NCBI GenBank assembly: GCA_947085355.1
Contig: CAMTWF010000109.1
Span: 1-57,544, forward strand
Reading direction: 5' to 3'
Origin: an uncultured delta proteobacterium
Lineage (GTDB): Bacteria; Myxococcota_A; Polyangia; DRWM01; JAAZOP01
Length of the DNA stretch: 57,544 nucleotides
Part shown: positions 41,865-49,436 of the stretch, one piece after another
How positions within the stretch are numbered: the stretch's first letter is position 1
Layout: every line of letters starts with the position of its first letter
Position numbers and translations under genes: made by a program
Notes under the pieces: generated by a model
Seen by the model: only the letters and a program-made list of their open reading frames with translations
The model's database searches: none
What the model was told of the DNA's origin: nothing

Positions 41865-43148
41865 TCACGGGCACTCCCCGTCCTCCACGACCACCTCGTC
41901 GATGTACCAGCCGCGCGCGTTGGCGGTCGAGTCCGAGCCGAAGTAGAAGCGGATCCTCACGTCCGCCGTCCGGAACGCCGTGACGTCGAAGCACTCGCGC
42001 TCCCAATCGCTCCGCGGGGGCGCCGGCAGCGGGTCCCCGGACCTGCAGGCGAACCCCGGCCTGCCGTCGACGTACGCCGGCCCGCCGGAAAAGAAGGCAT
42101 CCAACGACCTGAGGGGATAGCCGCCGTGCGGCGCGACGGCCGCGAACGGCGCTCCGCCGCCGGACGCCTCCACCAGCCCGCCGTCGTTGTTCGCCGACGA
42201 GCCGGTGCAGTCGCCGGCGATGCCCTCTCCTTGCATCCAGTGCCGGAAGGTCAGCCGCAGCGGCCCGGAGCCGCCGGACGCATCGATGGACGGGCTCTGG
42301 GCGTAGCAATCCGAGCGATCCGAGTAGTTTCCGCCCAGGCGGGTCCCGAGGACGCCGCCGGCGCCGTCGCTCCCGCGGTCCGGCTCTCCGGCTCCGGTTC
42401 CGCACTGCCAGTCGTTGATGCCGCGCAGGGCGGCGGTGCGCCACTCGGTGCACTCGGTCGCCGCGAACGTGCACGAGTAGTGCACGCCGGCAGCGGCCTC
42501 GGCGTCGGCGTCCCCGGGCCGATCGTCCGGCGCGTCCTCGACATCCTCCGGCACGTCCTCGGCGTCCGGCGCCTCGTCGTCGGCGTCCGCCGCATCCTCG
42601 GCCGCGTCCGGCTCGACCTCCATGTCCTCGCCGGCTTCCTCCGCGGCGTCGTCCTCGGCGTGGTCGGTCGAGTCCGCGTCATCGACGTCACGGCCGTCGT
42701 CCGGGACGTCCGCATCCCCGTCGCCGCCGTCCTCGCCGACCGCCGAGAGTCGGATCAGCACGGTCGTCCGCTCTCCGGGGGCCAGCACCTGTTCGGAGCA
42801 TCCGGTCGCCAGCAGATCGGCGACTCCCGGGACGCCGTACACCTCGGCGTAGAACGTTCGCGCGCCGGGCGGCACGTCCATCCGGGCGGTCGCGCCCGGG
42901 GCGACGTCGCCCGTCGACGCCAGGGCCGGGCCGCGCGGGTCCGGGACGGCGTCGCCGGCGCACCGCTGGACCGCCGCGTCGAACGCCCAGACGCGGAACC
43001 GGTCGGCGCGCGACAACACGTCGCCGGAGGAGATCAAGCCGATCCATGTGCCCGTGCCGGACGGCTCCCGGTCGCAGCCCGCGCAGGCCGCCGGGACGGC
43101 CGCCAGGACCAACGATGCGAAGACCGCCTCACGGGTGGAGATCCGCAT
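41865..43148 (-). CDS. Hypothetical lipoprotein with a highly acidic linker and a Cys-containing C-terminal domain
   Basis: ATG 43148 gives MRISTREAVFASLVLAAVPAACAGC (lipobox). A ~90-aa D/E/A-rich linker follows. The C-terminal ~200 aa look globular and beta-rich. The track merges it with fbp and non-coding DNA into a 1011-aa ORF. Confidence 0.7.
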   Translation of the reverse strand: MRISTREAVFASLVLAAVPAACAGCDREPSGTGTWIGLISSGDVLSRADRFRVWAFDAAVQRCAGDAVPDPRGPALASTGDVAPGATARMDVPPGARTFYAEVYGVPGVADLLATGCSEQVLAPGERTTVLIRLSAVGEDGGDGDADVPDDGRDVDDADSTDHAEDDAAEEAGEDMEVEPDAAEDAADADDEAPDAEDVPEDVEDAPDDRPGDADAEAAAGVHYSCTFAATECTEWRTAALRGINDWQCGTGAGEPDRGSDGAGGVLGTRLGGNYSDRSDCYAQSPSIDASGGSGPLRLTFRHWMQGEGIAGDCTGSSANNDGGLVEASGGGAPFAAVAPHGGYPLRSLDAFFSGGPAYVDGRPGFACRSGDPLPAPPRSDWERECFDVTAFRTADVRIRFYFGSDSTANARGWYIDEVVVEDGECP

Positions 43149-43207
43149 GTTCGGCGGGACGATACCGCCCGCCACGCCGCTCCGCAACGATCCCCGCGAT
43201 CCCGCCG

Positions 43208-44230
43208 TCAGCCCCCCCCGGCCTCCGCCACCATTCGCTCGTACAGGTCGACCTCGACGAGGTTGCCCATGACGATCGGGACGCGCTGGTGGAGTTCGGT
43301 CGGCTGCACGTCGAGGATTCGCCGGGTTCCCGTGGTCGCCGAGCCGCCGGCCTGCTCGGCCAGCATCGCCAGCGGGGAGCACTCGTAGAGCAGCCGCAGC
43401 TTGCCCTTGCCGGTACGGCGGTCCGCCGGGTACATGTAGACGCCGCCGTACAGCAGGTTGCGGTGGAAGTCGGCGACCATCGTGCCGACGTAGCGCGACG
43501 AGGTCCGGGCGTAGCGCGGGTCGTTGCCGTACCGGACGTGGTCGGCGAACCTGCGCGACGGCTCGTCCCACGCGTCGTAGTTCGTCTCGTTGGCCGAGAA
43601 ACAGCGGCACTCGTCCGGGATGCGGATGTTCTCGTGCGACAGGACGTACTCGCCGACCTCGGGGTCGAGCGTGAAGCCGTGGACGCCCTGGCCGGTCGTG
43701 TAGACGAACATCGTGCTGGCGCCGTAGATGACGTAGCCCGCCGCCAACTGGCGGCGCCCGGGTTGGAGGTAGTTGTCCGGCGAGAGGCGATCCGGGACGA
43801 CGGGGTGGAGGATGGAGAAGATCGTGCCGACCGGGATGTTGGCGTCGATGTTGGATGACCCGTCGAGCGGGTCGAACAGGACGACGTAGCCGTCCTCGTC
43901 GCCGCACTTGGCCGGCAGGGCGATTGGCTCGTCCTCCTCCTCGGAGGCCAGCGCCACGACCGACGGCATCCACCGCAGCGTGGCCTTCATGATCTCGTTC
44001 GCGACGACGTCGAGTTTCATCTGCCGTTCGCCCTGCACGTTGACGGCGCCCTGTTCGCCCAGGACGTCGAGCAGACCGGCGCGCTGCACCTTCGAGCTCA
44101 CGATCTTGGTGGCTACCCCGATCCGCCGCAGCAGGTCCGAGAACATCCCGCGGCTGCGGGCGTGCAGGTGCTCCTGCTTGGCGATGTGGCTCTCGAGTGT
44201 GTCGAAGTCCTTCCAGGCTGTTTCCGGCAT
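43208..44230 (-). CDS. fbp: Fructose-1,6-bisphosphatase class 1
   Basis: NVQGE.Q.KLDV.AN, ASEEE, FDPLDGSSNID.N...GTIF, GYV.YG.ST..V, YVGTMVADFHRNLL.GG...YP and GKLRLLYE..P.A.L.EQAGG are the canonical FBPase motifs. Start is ATG 44230. Confidence 0.93.
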   Translation of the reverse strand: MPETAWKDFDTLESHIAKQEHLHARSRGMFSDLLRRIGVATKIVSSKVQRAGLLDVLGEQGAVNVQGERQMKLDVVANEIMKATLRWMPSVVALASEEEDEPIALPAKCGDEDGYVVLFDPLDGSSNIDANIPVGTIFSILHPVVPDRLSPDNYLQPGRRQLAAGYVIYGASTMFVYTTGQGVHGFTLDPEVGEYVLSHENIRIPDECRCFSANETNYDAWDEPSRRFADHVRYGNDPRYARTSSRYVGTMVADFHRNLLYGGVYMYPADRRTGKGKLRLLYECSPLAMLAEQAGGSATTGTRRILDVQPTELHQRVPIVMGNLVEVDLYERMVAEAGGG

Positions 44231-44250
44231 GGCGTGCCCCCTCTTTCCGT

Positions 44251-44325
44251 CTCCGCGAGACCGGACTCGGGCGCGGGCTCGGGCCCGTTCGCGGGATGAA
44301 ACCCGAAAAGCCGGGGGGCGGCAAG
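44251..44325 (-). promoter_or_regulatory. Dispersed leader element, copy 3 (upstream of fbp): TTGCCG-N17-TTTCAT module plus GC-rich leader
   Basis: On the minus strand: TTGCCG (44324-44319), 17-nt spacer ccccccggcttttcggg, TTTCAT (44301-44296). Then cccgcgaacgggcccgagcccgcgcccgagtccggtctcgcggag. It ends 21 nt before the fbp ATG. Confidence 0.55.
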
Positions 44326-44367
44326 CGGAAAACTTGACGAGCGGAGCCTCCGGGCGCATATGCGTTC

Positions 44368-44410
44368 CCGCGGGCTCGGGCTCGTTCACGGGATGAAAGC
44401 GGAAAGGGGG
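44368..44410 (-). repeat. Second, partial copy of the leader element (TTTCAT and CCGTGAACG-GCCCGA part only)
   Basis: cccgcgggctcgggctcgttcacgggatgaaagcggaaaggggg. There is no TTGCCG at the expected position. Confidence 0.7.
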
Positions 44411-44433
44411 CGGAAGGGGATGGAGAGGCGGCC

Positions 44434-44976
44434 ATGGATCGGCAGGATGGTAACCGTTCACCCCCTCCTCGCGACTTCCGGGGAGCGGGGGGCTGGCCGC
44501 CGAGGGCTCCGCCCGAGGCGGCCGGCGGGGAGTCCGGGGAGGACGCAGAGGCCGCGCCGGCGGTGCCGGGGAATTCCGGCAGTCCTGCGGCCGGGCGGTC
44601 CCCCCCGGTTGAACGCATACGGCAGGATCTCCTTCGCATGCGGCTCGACACGCTCGTGCGGCGCAGTCTCATCGCCCGGCGCGACGCGGACCGCTTCGTC
44701 ACGCTCGATGCCGCGATGCGCGCCGAGGTGGAGGAGCGGGACCGATCCGGGATCTCGGCCTTCCACGACGGGCGCGAGTACCGCGTCCTGTTGCAGAAGG
44801 TGGTGGAAGGGCTCGACAGGATCGGCGAACCCCACGCGCCCGCAAAGCGGACCGCGCTCATGGAGGAGATGGGCACGATGGGGCCGGCCGTCTTCCTCAC
44901 GCCGTGGGAGATGACGCTGGACTACCTGGACGAACGGATCGGATCGACGGACGACGTGGAACGGTTCCACTCGTAG
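44434..44976 (+). CDS. Hypothetical protein; only the C-terminal ~115 aa look convincingly coding
   Basis: Third-position G/C is strong from ~44600 onward (RIRQDLLRMRLDTLVRRSLIARRDADRFVTLD...MTLDYLDERIGSTDDVERFHS). The N-terminal 60 aa are low complexity and overlap repeat DNA. ATG 44638 is an alternative start. Confidence 0.5.
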   Translation: MDRQDGNRSPPPRDFRGAGGWPPRAPPEAAGGESGEDAEAAPAVPGNSGSPAAGRSPPVERIRQDLLRMRLDTLVRRSLIARRDADRFVTLDAAMRAEVEERDRSGISAFHDGREYRVLLQKVVEGLDRIGEPHAPAKRTALMEEMGTMGPAVFLTPWEMTLDYLDERIGSTDDVERFHS

Positions 44977-45066
44977 ACGCCCGCCGGGGGACGCGGCGCC
45001 GTGCGCGGCGGCGGCGATGCGGGAGGGGTCCGGCGGCGATTGACGTTCGCCGTGCGGCCCGCGAAC

Positions 45067-46467
45067 ATGCGGTCGATGCGTTCGAATGCGGACGAGAAGG
45101 CGCTACTGGCCGCCGCCGAGATCGGCAGGCGGATAGGCCCGGACAAGGTCGTCGACGATCCCGACCTGCTGGCGCCGTACGGCGCGGACGAGTCGGGCCT
45201 GCCGCCGCGCGTGCCGCCCGCGGCGATCCGTGCCGAGTCGGCCGATGACGTCGCGGCGACGCTGGAGGCGGCCGAGCGGCGGCGCGTCGCGGTGACGCCG
45301 CGCGGGCGCGGAACGGGCAAGAGCGGCGGGGCGGTGCCGGTCGAGGGCGGGCTCGTCCTGCTGACGGAGCGGATGGATCGCATCGTGGAGATCGATCGGC
45401 GCGAGCGGATCGCCGTCGTGCAGCCCGGCATCGTGCTCGGACGGTTCCAGGATGCCGTCGAGGCCGAGGGGCTGTTCTACCCGCCGGATCCCGCGAGCCT
45501 CGACTCGTGCGCCGTGGGGGGGAACGTGGCCGAGAACGCCGGCGGACCCAGGGCGTTCAAGTACGGCGTCACCCGCGAGTACGTGCTCGGCATCGAGGTC
45601 GTGACGATGGGCGGAACGCGGATGCGCGTCGGGCGGCGCACCGCGAAGGGCGTGATGGGCTACGACGTCACCGCGCTGCTCGTCGGGTCCGAAGGGACGC
45701 TCGGCGTCTTCACCGAGGTCACGCTGCGCCTGCGATCCCGGCCGGCGGCGACCCGCACGATGCTCGCAACGTTCGCGGACGTGGTCGCCGCGGGCGAAGC
45801 GGTCCAGGACCTGCTGGGCCTGGGCCTCGTGCCCTCGGCGATCGAGATCCTGGACCGGACCTGCATCGAGGCGATCCGGACGGCAGGCCCGAATCCGATC
45901 CCCCAGGGCGCCGGCGCGGTGCTGCTCGTCGAAATCGACGGCCGGGACCCGGCGGCGGTCGATGCGGATGCGGAGACGGCCGGATCGGCGCTCGCCGAAC
46001 GCGCCGCCGACGTGCTGATCGCCTCGGATCCGGGACGCCGGAAGGCGCTCTGGACCGCCCGCCGGGAACTGTCGGAGACGCTCGGCAAGGGCCGGCTCGG
46101 CAAGCTCTCCGACGACGTCGCCGTGCCGCGCACCGCGATTCCGGCCGTCCTGCGCCGCCTCGCCGAGGTCGGCGAACGGCGCGGCGTGACGATGGCCACC
46201 TACGGGCACGCGGGCGACGGGAACCTCCACGTCAACGCCCTGTGGGACGACCCGGCGCTGGAGGCCGCCGCGCGCGGCGCCATCGAGGACGCGATGCGGA
46301 TCGCCCTCGAACACGGCGGGACGCTCTCCGGCGAGCACGGCGTCGGCGCCGCGAAGCGCGCCTACCTCGCATGGGAGCAGGGGACGCCGCTGATCGATCT
46401 CCAGCGCCGCATCAAGGCCGCATTCGACCCGCTGGGACTCATGAACCCGGGGAAGCTGCTGCCGTAG
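45067..46467 (+). CDS. FAD-linked oxidase (GlcD / D-lactate dehydrogenase family)
   Basis: V.PRG.GTG.SGGAVP..GG.VL....M..I.EID......VVQPG. (FAD_binding_4), LFYPPDP.S...C.VGGNVAENAGG.RA.KYG.T..YVLG.EVV and HAGDGNLH.N are the family motifs. Start placed at ATG 45067. Confidence 0.88.
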   Translation: MRSMRSNADEKALLAAAEIGRRIGPDKVVDDPDLLAPYGADESGLPPRVPPAAIRAESADDVAATLEAAERRRVAVTPRGRGTGKSGGAVPVEGGLVLLTERMDRIVEIDRRERIAVVQPGIVLGRFQDAVEAEGLFYPPDPASLDSCAVGGNVAENAGGPRAFKYGVTREYVLGIEVVTMGGTRMRVGRRTAKGVMGYDVTALLVGSEGTLGVFTEVTLRLRSRPAATRTMLATFADVVAAGEAVQDLLGLGLVPSAIEILDRTCIEAIRTAGPNPIPQGAGAVLLVEIDGRDPAAVDADAETAGSALAERAADVLIASDPGRRKALWTARRELSETLGKGRLGKLSDDVAVPRTAIPAVLRRLAEVGERRGVTMATYGHAGDGNLHVNALWDDPALEAAARGAIEDAMRIALEHGGTLSGEHGVGAAKRAYLAWEQGTPLIDLQRRIKAAFDPLGLMNPGKLLP

Positions 46468-47698
46468 CGCCGGACGGTCCTTCGAGAGCGACCACCGGGA
46501 AGCCGGTCCACTCGCGGACCATGCGGGCCTCCCGCTCCGTAGGCACGAGGACCATGGCGTCGTCGCGGGGCCATGCGGACAGATCCACGTCGCCCGCCGC
46601 GCGCCACTCGCGCTCGGCCGACCAGTCCACCCGCGGCGGCTCGTGAAGCTGGAACAGGTGGCGATCCGGTTCCGGCAGGGAGGCGTACAGCGAAGCGGGG
46701 CCGTACGCGACGGGGCGGATCCCGAGGCGCATGGCCGCGTCCCGGCGCAGGCCGACGGCATAGGGCTCGAAGGACCAGCGCACCAGGTGCCGCGCCCAGC
46801 AGGCGATGCGGGCGACCTCGGCCGGGTGCAGATCGGTCATGCAGACGACGCGATGACCGCCGCGGATCAGCCGGGAACCGGCGCGGATGACGCCGTCCGA
46901 GAGGATGCGGCGCAGCGTCTCGAACCCGTCGCGAACGCCGGGGCCGTCCGGCCGCAACAGACTGCCGACGTAGTCCCAGCGGCTCTCGCCGGGGTACTCG
47001 CCCCAGCGGCCGCGCGTGAAGTGCAGGAGGTAGTCCCGCCGGCCGACAAACACGGCGGACGGCCGTGCCTGCCGGCAGGCAGGCGGACGGCCGTGCCTGC
47101 CGGCAGGCAGGCGGACGGCGGACGGGAAAGGGATCCGGGCGCGGGAAGGCCGCGCTTCGGCCGGCTCGAACCAAGCCGCGGTCGGCAGCGGCGTCGCGCC
47201 GTCGTCGAGCAGGCGGGCGTTGCCCGCGGTGGAACGGGTCCCGTCCGGCGGACAGACGAGGACCGTTCGGCCGCGCCCGAGGCGCTCGCGGCAGATCGTC
47301 TCGACGACGCCGCCGGGCCTCGCCTCCGCCACTACGACCGCTTCCGCCGACTCCGAGATGCACAGGTCGCGCTCGGCCCGCGACGAGCGGGCGCCGATGT
47401 CGGCAACGACGCGGGCCCGCGGGTGGTTTGCCGCCTCCGGGTACCGGCGGGCGAGCGTCGCGGCGCCGCCGTCGGGTCCGCCCAGCGCGAGCAACGCCCG
47501 GCCGCCCGCATCCAGTGCGGCGCGGAGCGCCACGTCGTGGTGGAGGCACCCGATCCCGGCCACGAGGATTGCATCGGAGGACGCCGCCGTGCGCGCCAGC
47601 GCCGCGGTGAGGCGCACCCAGCGGTCGGCGGACGAGACCGCCCGCGGCTTGCGCGAGTTCAGCAGTGCGATGAGGGTCCCCGGCCGGAAGGGCGTCAC
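46439..47698 (-). CDS. Fusion ORF: DprA/Smf-like (SLOG Rossmann) domain, repeat-encoded linker, then AbiGi-like domain
   Basis: The N-part LIALLNSRKPR...ILVAGIGCLHHDVALRAALDAGGRALLAL...RAERDLCISESAEAVVVAEARPGGVVETI...GRTVLVCPPDG...GNARLLDDGATPL follows the DprA pattern (GSR.., SG.A.GID..AH.gAL..gG.tiAVL, RNR.i..ls..vvVvEa...SG.l.T, GR.VfAvPG...G.N.LI..GA). The C-part DYLLHFTRG...FETLRRILSDGVIRA...VVCMTDL...WSAEREWR..GDVDL...AMVLVP.E.EA resembles AbiGi (Pfam PF10899, from memory). There is no in-frame stop between the two parts. GTG 47698 is the chosen start, and the track ORF's extra 228 N-terminal codons are translated repeat or non-coding DNA. Confidence 0.6.
   Translation of the reverse strand: MTPFRPGTLIALLNSRKPRAVSSADRWVRLTAALARTAASSDAILVAGIGCLHHDVALRAALDAGGRALLALGGPDGGAATLARRYPEAANHPRARVVADIGARSSRAERDLCISESAEAVVVAEARPGGVVETICRERLGRGRTVLVCPPDGTRSTAGNARLLDDGATPLPTAAWFEPAEARPSRARIPFPSAVRLPAGRHGRPPACRQARPSAVFVGRRDYLLHFTRGRWGEYPGESRWDYVGSLLRPDGPGVRDGFETLRRILSDGVIRAGSRLIRGGHRVVCMTDLHPAEVARIACWARHLVRWSFEPYAVGLRRDAAMRLGIRPVAYGPASLYASLPEPDRHLFQLHEPPRVDWSAEREWRAAGDVDLSAWPRDDAMVLVPTEREARMVREWTGFPVVALEGPSGATAAASPGS
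47054..47125. repeat. 28-bp tandem duplication (GGCGGACGGCCGTGCCTGCCGGCAGGCA x2) plus (GGCGGAC)x2, each unit containing the 14-bp palindrome GCCTGCCGGCAGGC
   Basis: Units at 47054-47081 and 47082-47109 are identical. The repeat lies inside the DprA-AbiGi ORF, where it encodes ..AVRLPAGRHGRPPACRQARPSAV.. Confidence 0.95.
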
Positions 47699-47745
47699 GC
47701 GCGCCCGGTCGCGCCGCGGCGGGCCGCGTTGTGCCGCCGGAGTAA

Positions 47746-47892
47746 AACAGGATGAACAGGATGAACAGGAGGAGGAACGGCCTATCCGTGGAGTCTCTTG
47801 AACTCCAACTTGGGCATGACCTCGAAGCACGCGCCGATGATTTTCTCGGTCCTCATGCAACATCCCATCCTGTCTATCCTGTCCATCCTGTT
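47746..47892. repeat. Inverted pair of 9-mer arrays: (AACAGGATG)x3 ... 93-nt spacer ... (CATCCTGTY)x3
   Basis: Arm 47746-47772 and arm 47866-47892 are about 22/27 complementary. Confidence 0.85.
47782..47856 (-). pseudogene. 24-codon remnant resembling the N-terminus of a GxxExxY-type (PD-(D/E)XK-like) small protein, inside the spacer of the inverted 9-mer arrays
   Basis: MRTEKIIGACFEVMPKLEFKRLHG* compares with the remembered family start ..TEKIIGaaieVh..LGpGfLE.vY. It stops before the GxxExxY motif. Confidence 0.4.
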
Positions 47893-47949
47893 TGTCCCCA
47901 TACCTGCCGGAAACTTGCGGGATCCGCGGAAGCGGCGTAGAAACGCCGA

Positions 47950-49335
47950 ATGCAACGGCGGGCATCGAAAGGAACCGGGCCGGCCCGACTGCTGCTGCTG
48001 GTCGTGTCGCCTGTCCTGCTCGCGCCGACCTGCGGCGATCCACATCGCAACTCCGCCACCCCAGACCATTCGGCGCGCAGCGGGCCGCCGGAGGCGGCCG
48101 TTGCGGCAGGGCGCGATCCCGATGCGGTCGCGCGGCCGGGTCCTTCGCCGCCGGTCTCCGGCGATGTGTCCACTGAGCAGGGCGGGCCGGAGGCCCGCGC
48201 ACCCAGGGCGGAAACGGCGGCCCGCGGCGGCACGCCGGAACCCGAGATGTGGGCGCGGGCCGAGACGCCCGCGGTGTCCGGCGACGGGGCGTTCCGGACC
48301 AGCTCGTGGCGGACGATCCTGCCGGACGGGACGGTTCTGCCGCACTGGTCGTTCGACGGCCAGGTGCACACGAACGTGTCAACGGACGCCGACTACCCGC
48401 TCGAGGCGGTGCTGCGCCGTGCCGAGGCGATCGGCCTGGATGCGGTTGTCATAAGCGATCACGGCAGCACCGCGGCGCGCAGGTCGTTCGGGGAGGTGCG
48501 CTCGCGCGTCCTGCCGCTGCTCGGCGTCGAGATCGGGTGGAATCTGGGCCACGCGGTCGTCTGGGGCGTCGAGGAGCACCCGGTGCAGGGCGGCAGCATA
48601 CCGCTGGACGAGGTCGCCGCGCGGACGCACGCGGTCGGGGCGTTCGTGTCGCTGGCCCACCCGACCTGGAGGATGAGGAGTACCGGGCGGCAGGCGATCG
48701 ACCTGATGGTGCCGGAGACGTTCTGGCGCCCCGATGACCCGGCGCGCGCGATCGACGCCGTCGAGCTGTGGAACGGCATCTACGCCAAGGGAACGGAGGA
48801 AGTGGTCGTCGCGTGGGAGCGGATCCTCGAGCAGGGCGTCTTCGTCCGGGTCGTGGGCGGGAGCGACTTCCACCGGATGCTCCCGAGGCTGGGCATGCCG
48901 CGGAACGTGGCGCTGGCGCCCGAGCCCGGCATGCGGCAGTTCATCGAGGCGGCGCGGCTCGGACGGCTCTACATCACCGGGCGCACGCTGCTCCACTTCA
49001 CCGTGAACGGGCGGATCCTCGGCGACATCGTGCGTGCGTGCGGCGGCGCCGCCGCGGCGGATCTCACGATCGAGATCAACGCGCTGTCGCGCCGCAATGC
49101 GGTCCTGCGGCTCTTCGAGGGGCGGGACGCGGCGGTCGAGCGGCCCCTGGAGGCCGGCGTCGAGTTCGAAGAGCGCATCGTCCGGCCGCTGCCGGCCGCC
49201 GACACGTGGTACCGCGTCGAGGTGCTCCTGCGGGACGACGAGAAACCGTGGTGGCGGCGGCTGGAGACCTTCTCGAACCCGATCCTGGTCGACATCGGCC
49301 CGTGCGGCGACTTCTGGAAGAATCCGAACCCGTGA
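47950..49335 (+). CDS. Secreted PHP-domain metal-dependent phosphoesterase (CehA/McbA-like)
   Basis: The signal peptide/lipobox-like segment reads LLLLVVSPVLLAPTCG. PHP-type metal-ligand motifs are GQVHTNVSTD, DAVVISDHGS, LGVEIGWNLGHAVVWG, SLAHP and GGSDFHR. Confidence 0.75.
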   Translation: MQRRASKGTGPARLLLLVVSPVLLAPTCGDPHRNSATPDHSARSGPPEAAVAAGRDPDAVARPGPSPPVSGDVSTEQGGPEARAPRAETAARGGTPEPEMWARAETPAVSGDGAFRTSSWRTILPDGTVLPHWSFDGQVHTNVSTDADYPLEAVLRRAEAIGLDAVVISDHGSTAARRSFGEVRSRVLPLLGVEIGWNLGHAVVWGVEEHPVQGGSIPLDEVAARTHAVGAFVSLAHPTWRMRSTGRQAIDLMVPETFWRPDDPARAIDAVELWNGIYAKGTEEVVVAWERILEQGVFVRVVGGSDFHRMLPRLGMPRNVALAPEPGMRQFIEAARLGRLYITGRTLLHFTVNGRILGDIVRACGGAAAADLTIEINALSRRNAVLRLFEGRDAAVERPLEAGVEFEERIVRPLPAADTWYRVEVLLRDDEKPWWRRLETFSNPILVDIGPCGDFWKNPNP

Positions 49336-49359
49336 CCGAGCGCACACCAGGGATCTTGT

Positions 49360-49424
49360 CACCACAGAGACACGGAGATCACGGAGAAGAATCGAATCTC
49401 TGTGTCCTCTGTGTCCCTGTGGTG
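49360..49424. repeat. CACAGAG/CTCTGTG-family inverted heptamer hairpin between the convergent PHP and recQ genes (terminator-like)
   Basis: caccacagagacacggagatcacggaga - agaatcgaa - tctctgtgtcctctgtgtccctgtggtg. Same family as 34813-34874. Confidence 0.9.
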
Positions 49425-49436
49425 AATCTCACGACT

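Noticed and set aside
41865-44900. A 1011-aa minus-strand ORF.
   Set aside because: It is a read-through composite of the lipoprotein gene (41865-43148) and translated repeat/leader DNA. It also overlaps fbp out of frame, and each real gene has its own start and signal.
47699-48382. The N-terminal 228 codons of ORF 46439..48382, and the overlapping ORFs 47782..48369 and 47874..48371.
   Set aside because: They are antisense to the PHP-domain gene or translate 9-mer arrays (SSSCSSCSSC). DprA-like similarity begins only near 47690.
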